Virus record (IMG/VR): IMGVR_UViG_3300045988_079296
Span: 32,001 to 96,000 of that record
Length of the DNA stretch: 64,000 nt
Direction: 5' to 3' (one strand)
DNA from: a virus
This document shows, piece by piece, positions 9,203 through 18,262 of this stretch (within the stretch, counting starts at the first letter, position 1; every line of letters starts with the position of its first letter). The notes below the pieces were generated by a model that worked only from the letters and a program-made list of their open reading frames with translations, was not told where the DNA came from and did not search any database. The translations under genes were made by a program, and so were the position numbers.

Positions 9203-10936
9203 TTATGAATTTTTAAGTTCCATTTCCATAAAAGCATCGAACGCCTTTACAAAAGAATTTTCATCCGCTTTCTCCGTTCCTTCGTCCTCCGCTTCTTCCT
9301 CATCCCCCTCGGCATACAAGTCAAACGGGTTTTGCGCTTGGGCTTCTTCCTCTTCTCCGTCTGGAGTAGGTTGTCCACCGCCTTGAGGTTGACCTCCTTG
9401 TCCTGGCATACCTCCACCTAATCCTGCGGCTGCGTTCTTAGCTTGTTGCATATAAACCGTATTTTCAATAATATCTCCGTCAGGCAATGGGGACATTTCA
9501 TACTTCTCACGTATCTCGTTAATCGTAGCAATTGAGCCTACTTTCTTAATATCCATATCAAGTTCTTGTTCGATAGTCATACCGTTCAATCCCATGAATA
9601 CTAATTCAAAGTCAGGGTGAATTTGCTCTACGATATATTTGTTTAGCTTTCTCTGGAGGAACTTGAGCATTGGGTACAATCCCTTGTCTTTGGAATGTTG
9701 AAGACGTTCCTCTTGACCTCCTTCAAACAATCCTTTATTCCCCGAAGAACGGCTGATGTCCCAACCTATCTCGGATGGGTCAATATTATAGATAGCGCAA
9801 GCCAACTTTATAAGGTATTCAATCCAAGAACTGTATTCCATATCTCGGTTGTTCTTCTGCAAATCTATCCACTCAACGTCTTGGTTTACAACGGGTGTTT
9901 TCCAACTCTGCATTACTCCCGTTATCATAGACTGCCATTGCTGCTTAAACTGTTGTAGAGCTGCCTCGTTTACCGTTCCTTTTACTCTCAACATTCCCTT
10001 CGGAGCAGAACCCTGACTAAAGAACCTACGGTTGTATTCATCGCCCCATAGCATTGAAGTAACAACGTTGATAAGCTCTTCAAGCTCGGAACATCCGTAA
10101 CCATTAGAGAAGATTGAAGTTGAAGGATTGCGAACGCCAAAACAAAGCTCCCACGGGTAGAACTCCGATACTTTAGTATTTTGGTAAACTTGTACATAGG
10201 CAGGATAATAACCATGAATTTTTGGTCCAAAATCCTCTCTATCTACGCCCCACAAACCCTTACCGCCTTCAAATATTCGGTTGTCCGTTTCGTAGTCTTT
10301 AGCAAAGTATGAGTTGGCAATTCGGAAAGAAGCGGCATCTGTAGCGACAAAGGACTCAACTTGACCTCTTCGGTTTCTCATAATCTCAAAGGTCATTTGG
10401 TCGTAAGTTAATGAGTCCTCAACAATCTTTCGGATAAAGGTATCAAAGTCATCATGTTCCCAATCTCCTACGTTACCGCCATGAAGAAGGAAGTCGGTAA
10501 TTGCATAGGCAATTTTCTTATCCTTCGTGTCCATCTTTTGGTCAACTCCAAACTTCGGCTTCTTTCGGATAACGAACCCCGTTTGGTATTTGTTTTCTTG
10601 AGGCTCTGCGAAGTCGGCTATTTGGTTTTTCCTCGTTTTAATTATGGAGTTGATGATAGGGGTTTTGGACATCCTCTTTAACGTAGTGTATGTTAAGGAG
10701 AATGACTTGTCTTTGTATCCTAAATTTGAGTTGAACTCCAATGGGTCTATGAAAAACGCCTTTGGGCCAACCGTTCTTTCATCCCTATTTTGTATGCCGT
10801 TGATAGCCTTTTGAGCTCTCAATATATCATCGGGATGGTCTGAACGGATGGCTTTCTCAATCGTCCTCATATTTTTGACTTCCAGCTTCCTCTTAGCTAA
10901 TTCAATAGCGTCAAGCTGTTTCCAATATTCAGCCAT
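9203..10936 (-). CDS. portal protein
   Basis: 577 aa. Size and general pattern fit a portal, with a Gly/Gln-rich then strongly acidic C-terminal tail (GGGMPGQGGQPQGGGQPTPDGEEEE...). It sits in the virion gene neighbourhood. Confidence 0.55.
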   Translation of the reverse strand: MAEYWKQLDAIELAKRKLEVKNMRTIEKAIRSDHPDDILRAQKAINGIQNRDERTVGPKAFFIDPLEFNSNLGYKDKSFSLTYTTLKRMSKTPIINSIIKTRKNQIADFAEPQENKYQTGFVIRKKPKFGVDQKMDTKDKKIAYAITDFLLHGGNVGDWEHDDFDTFIRKIVEDSLTYDQMTFEIMRNRRGQVESFVATDAASFRIANSYFAKDYETDNRIFEGGKGLWGVDREDFGPKIHGYYPAYVQVYQNTKVSEFYPWELCFGVRNPSTSIFSNGYGCSELEELINVVTSMLWGDEYNRRFFSQGSAPKGMLRVKGTVNEAALQQFKQQWQSMITGVMQSWKTPVVNQDVEWIDLQKNNRDMEYSSWIEYLIKLACAIYNIDPSEIGWDISRSSGNKGLFEGGQEERLQHSKDKGLYPMLKFLQRKLNKYIVEQIHPDFELVFMGLNGMTIEQELDMDIKKVGSIATINEIREKYEMSPLPDGDIIENTVYMQQAKNAAAGLGGGMPGQGGQPQGGGQPTPDGEEEEAQAQNPFDLYAEGDEEEAEDEGTEKADENSFVKAFDAFMEMELKNS

Positions 10937-10984
10937 ATGTTCTACAATTTATTATTTTCTTGAATATCTATAACTGTAGATGTG

Positions 10985-11025
10985 TGAACAAAAAGAAAGG
11001 AGACAACTTTTGATATTGTCTCCTT
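10985..11025 (-). terminator. rho-independent terminator
   Basis: Perfect 10-bp stem aaggagacaa (10997-11006) / ttgtctcctt (11016-11025) with a 9-nt loop. On the minus strand it is followed by tctttttgtt. Confidence 0.8.
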
Positions 11026-11049
11026 CTACAAGCCGTTAATTAATAGGAC

Positions 11050-11580
11050 TTAATTGGGCGGTGTAACAGTTATCGCAAGCGCAACTGCTTTATCCGCATC
11101 GGCTGTCCAAGTGCCTGGGTCACCGCTTGTAATAGCGGCATTACTCTGAGGAAGAGTAATTTTGTACTCAAAACCGTCAATGATTTTGAGAACCTTAGCA
11201 ACTCCCGTATTAACATCAACGGTGTCCTGAATAGGCTCTGCGCCTTCCTTCGTTCCCGACAAAGTGAGCTTGCAAGTCGTTGCTCCCGTAATGGTAGGAG
11301 TGATGGTCAAATCGAAGGTTTCAGCACCCATAAGGATAACTTGCTCACCTCCGTAGATATAACCGTCAATAAGTCCTTGGTAAGTCTCAAACCACTCTTC
11401 CATTTCGGCTTTTGTGGTTACTGTGCCAGGCTTGAACGGCATAATTTTCTCAAAGATTGTTCCTTGAACTCCTTCTAACCACATGATTGTAAAGCGTTCC
11501 GAACCATCCTCAATTATGTCCGTTCTTAGAGTTGCCTTGATTATAGGCTCGTCTTTAGTTACAAATACATAATCTCTCAT
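11050..11580 (-). CDS. hypothetical protein (possibly structural)
   Basis: 176 aa with an ATG start. It is followed by a strong terminator. The C-terminal half is Thr/Gly-rich and beta-like. Confidence 0.5.
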   Translation of the reverse strand: MRDYVFVTKDEPIIKATLRTDIIEDGSERFTIMWLEGVQGTIFEKIMPFKPGTVTTKAEMEEWFETYQGLIDGYIYGGEQVILMGAETFDLTITPTITGATTCKLTLSGTKEGAEPIQDTVDVNTGVAKVLKIIDGFEYKITLPQSNAAITSGDPGTWTADADKAVALAITVTPPN

Positions 11581-11606
11581 TTTTACTAAACTTTAAATGG
11601 TAAAAT

Positions 11607-11942
11607 TCAATTTACCTCTTTATAATTGTTTAGTGCTTCTTCAATCTTTTGGGTGACCGCTCCGTCAAAGATAATATACTTTGCTTCCAAAGTCTCGTGG
11701 ATGATTATGGCTTCGTCCAAATACTCTATCAAAACCGTATTATCATCCAAACTCGTTATCTCTGGAGCTGTCTCCTTGATATTATCCCATAGAAGTTGAA
11801 AAGCTCGGATGCTTAGAGCATCTTCCATGATTGTATTAGACAGATACTTCATTCGGGGTACAGAAGTATCAATTTCAGCAGCCGCCAGTTGTAAATCGGT
11901 CTCCAACGGCTCTTGCATTGTTGTTAGCTTCTTTGAATACAT
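11607..11942 (-). CDS. hypothetical protein
   Basis: The track ORF starts at TTG (11972). The first ATG is at 11942, 4 nt after the upstream stop. Confidence 0.45.
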   Translation of the reverse strand: MYSKKLTTMQEPLETDLQLAAAEIDTSVPRMKYLSNTIMEDALSIRAFQLLWDNIKETAPEITSLDDNTVLIEYLDEAIIIHETLEAKYIIFDGAVTQKIEEALNNYKEVN

Positions 11943-11946
11943 AACG

Positions 11947-13050
11947 CTATAATGATTTTGTTTTCGGTACAAATTTACTTCGTTGCTTACCCTCTCCGAT
12001 AATCATCTTCCAATACTTCTGAAATTCGCAAAGCCACATTTCAATTTGGTGAAGAGTTATATTGGGCTCATCTGACGTGTAATATTCTCCGTCCTCCATA
12101 TCCCAATACAGATAGGGAAAGTTTTCTTTTTTCTCTTCGCTTATTCTTCCCAACCATTCTTCTGCCAAATCTCTTAACCAATATATGGCAGGTTTTTGTT
12201 CTCGGAGCGTAGAAAGGTTTGGATATATGAGACGAATGCCGATACTACACCCTGGCCCAACGTTCGTGAAGTCGTTTTGGTCAAACTTCATAAAACGTCT
12301 GCCCGTGTACTTCGGTATATATGTGAAGTCCTGATAGAACTCATGAGCAATAAAATCGGCTACCGCAGGGAACGTTTTCAAGTACTCAATAATCTCTTCT
12401 GGCTTCTTAGCGGTCATCACCTTAGCAATGAGCTTATCCATGTTCTTATGCAGATGCGGAATAACAACCCTTGTATAGCAATAGTCTCTCGGTTGACCAG
12501 GTGTTGCTTGAGAGTTAATCAAGTAAGCAGTTGTATAAGGGTTTTGCCCCGAACTACGAACGCCAGCAATGAAACGGCTGAACTCGTCCTCATCGTATTC
12601 ATCCCAATCGGGTATGCCGTTCTTCCACTTTGTAGCCGCAATCAATTCGTCTTTCGATTGAGCTTGTTTTAATCCCGATTTCACTGGTGCTCCAAATAAG
12701 CTCGGTTGAAGTGTTTTTCCTTTCGGCTCAAACATAAACGTTTCGGGGCAATTAAAGAAGCGGAAAACCATCATCTTCCAAACCAAGTTCTTCAACGACA
12801 AACTTTCGTCAAGAAGAATGTTCTTGATTTGCCATTGACTATTTCGGTCAAGCTCCCGATACACGTTGGTGAACTTTGACTCTTGAAAAATCTTGTTCTT
12901 TGTCCAAGGTCGTTCTTTCCCGTCTATGAACCTCCGTTTCCATATAAGCTGGCGTTCATACATAGTCTCAAAGAACAAACGCAAATGAGGCTCGTACACC
13001 TCAAGATTTTCGTCAGGTAACTTATCGTACCATGCTGCATTTTCAAACAT
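11947..13050 (-). CDS. candidate alpha-glutamyl/putrescinyl-thymine pyrophosphorylase-like (aGPT-Pplase-like) DNA base-modification enzyme
   Basis: 367 aa. The segment ERQLIWKRRF..GKERPWTKNKIFQESKFTNVYRELDRNSQW resembles, from memory, the conserved N-terminal block of aGPT-Pplase families. This was not verified by a search. Confidence 0.4.
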   Translation of the reverse strand: MFENAAWYDKLPDENLEVYEPHLRLFFETMYERQLIWKRRFIDGKERPWTKNKIFQESKFTNVYRELDRNSQWQIKNILLDESLSLKNLVWKMMVFRFFNCPETFMFEPKGKTLQPSLFGAPVKSGLKQAQSKDELIAATKWKNGIPDWDEYDEDEFSRFIAGVRSSGQNPYTTAYLINSQATPGQPRDYCYTRVVIPHLHKNMDKLIAKVMTAKKPEEIIEYLKTFPAVADFIAHEFYQDFTYIPKYTGRRFMKFDQNDFTNVGPGCSIGIRLIYPNLSTLREQKPAIYWLRDLAEEWLGRISEEKKENFPYLYWDMEDGEYYTSDEPNITLHQIEMWLCEFQKYWKMIIGEGKQRSKFVPKTKSL

Positions 13051-13051
13051 C

Positions 13052-13393
13052 TTATAAACTTTTAGTATTTAATCTCATAAAAAACTCTCGTTTGGCTTCC
13101 ACATTACCCTTCTTCATTAAGTTCAAAAGAACTTTCTTGGGCATCTTTCGGAACGGTCTTTGTTTAGCGTTAATCAACTTCACAAACCTAACATCTAAGT
13201 TACAGCGTTGCGGGTTGCCGCTGGGGTAGAACTTACTGCATATGTTTGTAGATAACAAAGGACAATACCAATTGCCGTGGAAGCCAGTTATTTCAAATTT
13301 GGTTTTGCCCCAAACGCTATCATCGCTGTCTCGGACAATATCTCCATTCTTAAAATATTTCCAAACTTTTTGGTCTGTATTCTCGCTCGGCAT
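13052..13393 (-). CDS. hypothetical protein
   Basis: 113 aa with an ATG start, 1 nt after the upstream stop. Confidence 0.5.
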   Translation of the reverse strand: MPSENTDQKVWKYFKNGDIVRDSDDSVWGKTKFEITGFHGNWYCPLLSTNICSKFYPSGNPQRCNLDVRFVKLINAKQRPFRKMPKKVLLNLMKKGNVEAKREFFMRLNTKSL

Positions 13394-13491
13394 AATTAAT
13401 CATATTTTCCTTATTAACGTTGAAAAAGAAAGCTCCGAACTTCGCAGCCCAGAGCTTACCCCATGTCCTCAAATTAAAACAAAGAACCTCC

Positions 13492-14145
13492 TTAAAAACG
13501 GAATGTAGCAAACTGTTTAGGAGTCAACTCATACTCTTTTTCATCCTTTAGGCTTTGCACTACTCGGCATGCTTCCAAATCTACCATGACGTTACATACC
13601 GCTCGAACGCAATCATTGTATTGGTTACGTGCCATTGCTTCGGCTTCGGTTTTAGCAAAATTGTACTTCTTTTCCATTTCGGCTGTGTGTTCGGCAGATA
13701 GAGTTTCAACCATTCGGTCATCCGTTGATTTCATTCTCATTTCCTCCCAATCGTAAACCTTGAATGGAACTTCGATACGCAAGTCATCGGTCCACCAAGG
13801 GTTGATGTCCTTAGTAGGAGCTTGACCGCAAGATTTCAAACACTCGTTAGCTTCCTTTTTCTTAGTAGCTAATGCAGCATTAAGTTCGGGAATGAGGATG
13901 TCTGTAACGTTCTTCTTAATCTCCTTTCCAGTCTTGGTGACTTTGATATCACCTCCGTACTGAATGGCGTTCATAACGTCAGATTTCTCAATTTCTTGGG
14001 CAGCTACATCAAACGGGTTGGCATCGCTTTCTCCCTTTTGAATAGCTTCCTCCGAAGGCTGATTAAGGTCACCTTCAAAACCTTTCAAGAGGTGAGCATG
14101 TTGTTTCGCTCTCGCTCCGTGAATTGCATCATGAATTTCGTTCAT
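13492..14145 (-). CDS. hypothetical protein
   Basis: 217 aa with an ATG start. Confidence 0.5.
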   Translation of the reverse strand: MNEIHDAIHGARAKQHAHLLKGFEGDLNQPSEEAIQKGESDANPFDVAAQEIEKSDVMNAIQYGGDIKVTKTGKEIKKNVTDILIPELNAALATKKKEANECLKSCGQAPTKDINPWWTDDLRIEVPFKVYDWEEMRMKSTDDRMVETLSAEHTAEMEKKYNFAKTEAEAMARNQYNDCVRAVCNVMVDLEACRVVQSLKDEKEYELTPKQFATFRF

Positions 14146-14152
14146 TTCTTTG

Positions 14153-15127
14153 TTATTTTATTAAACTACCATAAAAATCTTCCAGTGTGTACGCCTTATT
14201 ATAACTGTACGTGTTCTTGTTTGCGTTCACGTCATCAAGCATTATCTCAAGTAAGCTCTTACCGCTACGTGAGTGATAGTCCGTTTCGTTGTAAACAGAT
14301 AGATTGAGCCATGTTAGTTTTAAGTTGAAAAGAACCTTTCCCAATACATCTTCGTATTTCATGCCCGTAAACTCGGAGAACCTTCCAGCAATCCATTGAC
14401 CCATGGTAATCAAATCAACGTCCTTCGGCTCTTTATACGGAGAAATTGATTCAATAAACTTCTCAAACCCCTTATCACCTATACCCTTCTTAACCTTCGG
14501 AACATTATCGGATGTATCCCCCATGAGAACTTTATAAAGAAGAACCTCAAACGGCTTATTGGGAATGACTTGTATGTCCGTCTCCAAATATTCGTTCCAA
14601 AATACTTCCTTCTCTGGAATACAATACATCTTTAGGTTTTTAGAGTTATTGTTGAACAATGAAACGTTCTTGTTCATGATTTGCCTAATATCGGAGTCAC
14701 CCGTAATTATTACCAATTCCTCGTCCAAAATATATCCGAAGTAAAGTGACCAGACATAAAGAAGGTCATCGCCCTCTGCTCCCATGACCCTACTGACGAT
14801 AATTCCCTTTTTCCGAAGAAGAGCCTCAAACATATCTAAACAAGTCAGAAAATGCTTGTAATATGGGTCTCTGACTTTGGTAAGAGCGTACTTATAATCA
14901 TCGTAGATATTGTAACGCCAACTGGAAGAGTCAATAACAAACGCAACTCTCTTTATATCTCGGAACTTACCCAGAGCGAAGCACATATCAATTATGCACT
15001 TGCGCATGAGCACTTGTTGTTTCTCCCTATCTTGGAGAACTTCTGCCATATCCTGCCCCTTGTAATAGGTTGAGAATACATTGAACGTCTTGTGGAATAA
15101 ATAATTTCCGTCAAATAGTATATTCAT
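14153..15127 (-). CDS. 5'-3' exonuclease / flap endonuclease (PIN + H3TH)
   Basis: Motifs seen: ILFDGNYLFHK, VIITGDSDIRQ and GDTSDNVPKVKKGIGDKGFEKF. The track start at 15181 is GTG and lies inside a terminator hairpin, so ATG 15127 (MNILFDG) is preferred. Confidence 0.85.
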   Translation of the reverse strand: MNILFDGNYLFHKTFNVFSTYYKGQDMAEVLQDREKQQVLMRKCIIDMCFALGKFRDIKRVAFVIDSSSWRYNIYDDYKYALTKVRDPYYKHFLTCLDMFEALLRKKGIIVSRVMGAEGDDLLYVWSLYFGYILDEELVIITGDSDIRQIMNKNVSLFNNNSKNLKMYCIPEKEVFWNEYLETDIQVIPNKPFEVLLYKVLMGDTSDNVPKVKKGIGDKGFEKFIESISPYKEPKDVDLITMGQWIAGRFSEFTGMKYEDVLGKVLFNLKLTWLNLSVYNETDYHSRSGKSLLEIMLDDVNANKNTYSYNKAYTLEDFYGSLIK

Positions 15128-15139
15128 GTTATATCCTTT

Positions 15140-15181
15140 TCTAAAATAAACCGTGGGGCAATCTCCGAAGAAACGCCCCAC
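15140..15181 (-). terminator. rho-independent terminator
   Basis: Stem gtggggc (15153-15159) / gccccac (15175-15181). On the minus strand it is followed by ggtttatttt. Confidence 0.6.
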
Positions 15182-15201
15182 AGTCTAACAACTAATTCAG
15201 A

Positions 15202-15987
15202 TTATTTAAGCAACTTTACTTTTGATGTCTGAGCTTGCTTACTCTCAGATACTCCTTTATGAATTTGAGTGTTCTTTCCATCCTTTACTCCGAAAGCGAA
15301 GCAAGAGTCATGTTTGGCATTCGGTTGCTTTCTTCCCTTGGCATAACCTCCGAACTTTTGAGCTACATATGTATCAATCTCCGCTCCCGTCCGAACTACC
15401 AAGGCTGTAACCTTCGTGCCATAGTCCTTATCTTCGTTTTGCACCTTCTCACGGTCACTCTCTTCCTTGAACTTCATATCCAATCCTGCGGCACAACCTT
15501 CCAAATATCTCCGAAGGTATGTATCAAGTCCGATAGGTTTTACAAGATAGTCCATTGTTTCCTGATACTCCTTGTATCTGTTCTTCCCGAAGGCTATGAA
15601 CTTCTCACACAGCATATTGTATAACCACTTAACGGTTTCCATGTTCTCTTCCTTACCGAAGAAAATCATGTTTTTGTCCTTTTGTTTCCCATAGCGGAAT
15701 ACCTTACAAAAGTTCCACTTACAAATAACGAACATCAACTTGAACTCCCAATCACCTCCGATAAACTTGAAGCGGTAGCAAGACATGATGTTTTCTTTAA
15801 CAACGTCTCTTTCTTGCTCTTCCTGAGATACGTCACCCATAGTAAGGTTGTACTGAGTAAGCAGCCGTTGAATTGCGGCAGCCGCAGCATTTGCTTCGCC
15901 TTCGGAATTGATTTTCTTTGCTCCTTCGTACAAACGCATTAACTTTTGAAGTTTCGTCTTAATCTTGTCTAAATTTGTTGCTTCCAT
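15202..15987 (-). CDS. hypothetical protein, DUF2786-like N-terminus
   Basis: 261 aa. KIKTKLQKLMRLYEGAKK..EGEANAAAAAIQRLLTQYNL resembles the DUF2786 helical N-terminus. It is the first gene after promoter P1. Confidence 0.45.
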   Translation of the reverse strand: MEATNLDKIKTKLQKLMRLYEGAKKINSEGEANAAAAAIQRLLTQYNLTMGDVSQEEQERDVVKENIMSCYRFKFIGGDWEFKLMFVICKWNFCKVFRYGKQKDKNMIFFGKEENMETVKWLYNMLCEKFIAFGKNRYKEYQETMDYLVKPIGLDTYLRRYLEGCAAGLDMKFKEESDREKVQNEDKDYGTKVTALVVRTGAEIDTYVAQKFGGYAKGRKQPNAKHDSCFAFGVKDGKNTQIHKGVSESKQAQTSKVKLLK

Positions 15988-16000
15988 AACTTGATATTTT

Positions 16001-16016
16001 CAATTTGATTTACAAT
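16001..16016 (-). promoter_or_regulatory. conserved leader motif copy 1 (plus-strand caatttgatttacaat)
   Basis: 13 nt upstream of ATG 15987, downstream of the P1 -7 box. Confidence 0.7.
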
Positions 16017-16036
16017 TTATATTTCCAATTACAGTA

Positions 16037-16067
16037 CAAAGATACGGACTATTTTTGTAACCGCAAA
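16037..16067 (-). promoter_or_regulatory. Bacteroidota sigma-A-type promoter P1
   Basis: The minus strand reads TTTG(16067-16064), 19 nt, TATCTTTG(16044-16037). Confidence 0.75.
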
Positions 16068-16096
16068 ATATTTTGCCAACTTTTTTACGTTTTTAA

Positions 16097-16303
16097 CTAA
16101 TTTTCTGCATTCCCGCAGTCCAAAGTGAAATTCTTTATCTCCGTTATGGATTTTATTTCGGCTCTTCCAAGAAGATTTATCAACGGCTCTACAAAGTCAG
16201 AAGCGCAAACCGTACTGGATTGGGTTGCCGTTCTCATCAACTCCAAAAATTGTTTCCCATCGCTCTCGCTAAATTCTAATTTTTGTGCAATTTCTATAAT
16301 CAT
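16097..16303 (-). CDS. hypothetical protein
   Basis: 68 aa with an ATG start. Confidence 0.45.
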   Translation of the reverse strand: MIIEIAQKLEFSESDGKQFLELMRTATQSSTVCASDFVEPLINLLGRAEIKSITEIKNFTLDCGNAEN

Positions 16304-16330
16304 ACCCGTAAACGTTTAAATCTACGGGTA
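16303..16330 (-). promoter_or_regulatory. 8-bp hairpin abutting a start codon
   Basis: tacccgta (16303-16310) pairs with tacgggta (16323-16330) around a 12-nt loop. There is no T-run. The stem includes the A of ATG 16303. Confidence 0.4.
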
Positions 16331-16339
16331 TTATAAATG

Positions 16340-17821
16340 TCAAGCTACAAAGTCCTTGACGAACCCAAGATAATGTTTCGCCCTCGTATAAGCTACATAA
16401 ACAAGATTGCTTTCTTGCTCTGCCATCCAAGGAACGTTCATGCAAGGCTTAAACCACAACTTATCTTCGCATATGATAAATACTCGGTCACTCTCCAACC
16501 CCTTCGATTTATGAATGGTGCTTAGACAAATACCCGATTTATTTCCATCGGAGAAGATTGTTTCAATACGGTCAATAACTTCTTTGGCGGTTTGTAATCC
16601 TTCGGAAAGAACCTCAATTGCTTTGACCTTATCTTCGTATCTTTTATAAACATCGCTCTCCCGTGCTTCCTTTTCGGTGCATTTCTGCTTGCTAACCACC
16701 TTTCCTATTATCCGTGATAATTCTCTCTGGAGACGTTCTTCCACGTCCTTAATCTGCTTGCGATTGGTCTTTTTAATCATATTAACGAGATTGGTTCCAA
16801 TATCCCTTCCCTTAACATATGCTTTAACTCCCGAACTGATATATTTCATACATAAATCTACCAAAGGAGCTGTGAGACGGCAAAGCACCATATCTCCGTC
16901 TTGTATCTCGGATAAAGTTGCATTGCGATTTACCATTCCCGAAGGAGCATTATCACGTGCTTCTATTTGGGGCACGATACTTTTGGCAAGGTCAATTATG
17001 TCCTTATCGCAACGGTAGCATACCGATAACGGAAGTTTAACCGTGCCAGGAATTTTCTTTAACAAATTGAAACTCTCAACGTCCGCTCCTGCGAACCCGT
17101 ATATTGCTTGTCTTGGGTCGCCTACTGCAATGAACCTTCCTCCGTTCGGCTTAACGCATTTCAAGAATAATTCCCGTTGAGCTGCATTAAGGTCTTGGCA
17201 CTCGTCTATAAATACCCAATCATATTTGAATATTTTCAATTGCTTAACGTTCGGGAAGTATATCATGTCGGTAAAGTCTATGAAAGCTGTTTCCCGTTCT
17301 CCCCATTGAATACCTTTGAGAGCCAAATCGGCTTCGTTATCTAAGAGGTCAATATCATGCTTGTAAGAAAGGTCTTCAAGTTCAGCTACGGTCTTGACTA
17401 AATTACATCTGCCAAGGTCTATAAGTTTGAGAATATTTTGCTTCCAAGCTCCCATTTGCTCATCGGGAAGAGGAACTGACGGAACTAAGTTTGAATAATT
17501 TACTCCGTTATTAACCCAAACCCGATACTTATCATCTTGAATTTGACAATCTAAGTTTCTCATACATAAAGAAGCTCCAAGACTGTGTAAGGTCTTTATA
17601 TCTACGTTGGGCATATTCCCTATTTTGATTTTCAGCTCTTCCACGATAGCCTTATTGAAAGCCAAGAACAAAACTCTTTTCCCTTTCGGAATTTGTTTCA
17701 ACGCTTCTACTATTGTTGTAGATTTACCCGAACCCGCCACTGCGTCTATAACCGCATTGCCCTTACCTATCCGAATGTAGGTGTAAACAGTTCTTTGATA
17801 TTTGCTTGGTAAAAATGCCAT
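16340..17821 (-). CDS. UvrD/Rep/PcrA-like SF1 helicase (paralog 1)
   Basis: 493 aa. Motifs seen: AVAGSGKSTT, VFIDECQDLN, VGDPRQAIYGFAGA, LSTIHKSKGLESDRVFI and VAYTRAKHYL. Confidence 0.9.
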   Translation of the reverse strand: MAFLPSKYQRTVYTYIRIGKGNAVIDAVAGSGKSTTIVEALKQIPKGKRVLFLAFNKAIVEELKIKIGNMPNVDIKTLHSLGASLCMRNLDCQIQDDKYRVWVNNGVNYSNLVPSVPLPDEQMGAWKQNILKLIDLGRCNLVKTVAELEDLSYKHDIDLLDNEADLALKGIQWGERETAFIDFTDMIYFPNVKQLKIFKYDWVFIDECQDLNAAQRELFLKCVKPNGGRFIAVGDPRQAIYGFAGADVESFNLLKKIPGTVKLPLSVCYRCDKDIIDLAKSIVPQIEARDNAPSGMVNRNATLSEIQDGDMVLCRLTAPLVDLCMKYISSGVKAYVKGRDIGTNLVNMIKKTNRKQIKDVEERLQRELSRIIGKVVSKQKCTEKEARESDVYKRYEDKVKAIEVLSEGLQTAKEVIDRIETIFSDGNKSGICLSTIHKSKGLESDRVFIICEDKLWFKPCMNVPWMAEQESNLVYVAYTRAKHYLGFVKDFVA

Positions 17822-17849
17822 AATCTTGAAATTTAAGTAGTTGTTGATA

Positions 17850-17880
17850 CAAAGGTACGGAGTAATTTTGTAACTACAAA
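17850..17880 (-). promoter_or_regulatory. Bacteroidota sigma-A-type promoter P2
   Basis: The minus strand reads TTTG(17880-17877), 19 nt, TACCTTTG(17857-17850). Confidence 0.75.
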
Positions 17881-17980
17881 ACTTTTTGTCAATTATTTTT
17901 CTTTTTAACTTTGTTTAACAAAAAGAGGAATAACTTCACAGTCACCCCTCCCTCGTTACAGCTTTACTATGGCAGTACAG

Positions 17981-18262
17981 CTATACATTTAAAATCAAAT
18001 TGTCGCTTTTCAAAAGTCCTTCCAGCTTTTCTTCGGTAGGTATCCAGCCGCAAACAAAGACAATCGTTTCTCCTTGAGCTTTTGCAGCCTTATGCCAAGC
18101 ATCTGATAGCTTCTTGAACCTTTGGTTGTGCATATAAAAATCGAAGTCTGAAACGGATATTTCCCACCAACTTCTATTCTTGTATGCGTAGGCAATCAAA
18201 CCATCTTGCATTCCTTCTACCTTTTGGAGTATGCTCAAAATAAAATCTTCAATCTTCTTCAT
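17981..18262 (-). CDS. hypothetical protein
   Basis: 93 aa with an ATG start. Confidence 0.5.
   Translation of the reverse strand: MKKIEDFILSILQKVEGMQDGLIAYAYKNRSWWEISVSDFDFYMHNQRFKKLSDAWHKAAKAQGETIVFVCGWIPTEEKLEGLLKSDNLILNV

Noticed and set aside
11585-11600. TTTAAAG heptamer 9-14 nt upstream of several starts (11580, 21196, 23558, 28497)
   Set aside because: It is a 7-mer of AT-rich composition. The expected chance count in 64 kb is comparable to what is seen, so it is not distinguishable from background without statistics.
13423-13457. Possible terminator hairpin after ORF 13492-14145
   Set aside because: It has only a 6-bp stem (aagctc/gagctt) with a 16-nt loop. That is too weak to call with confidence, although a T-run follows.
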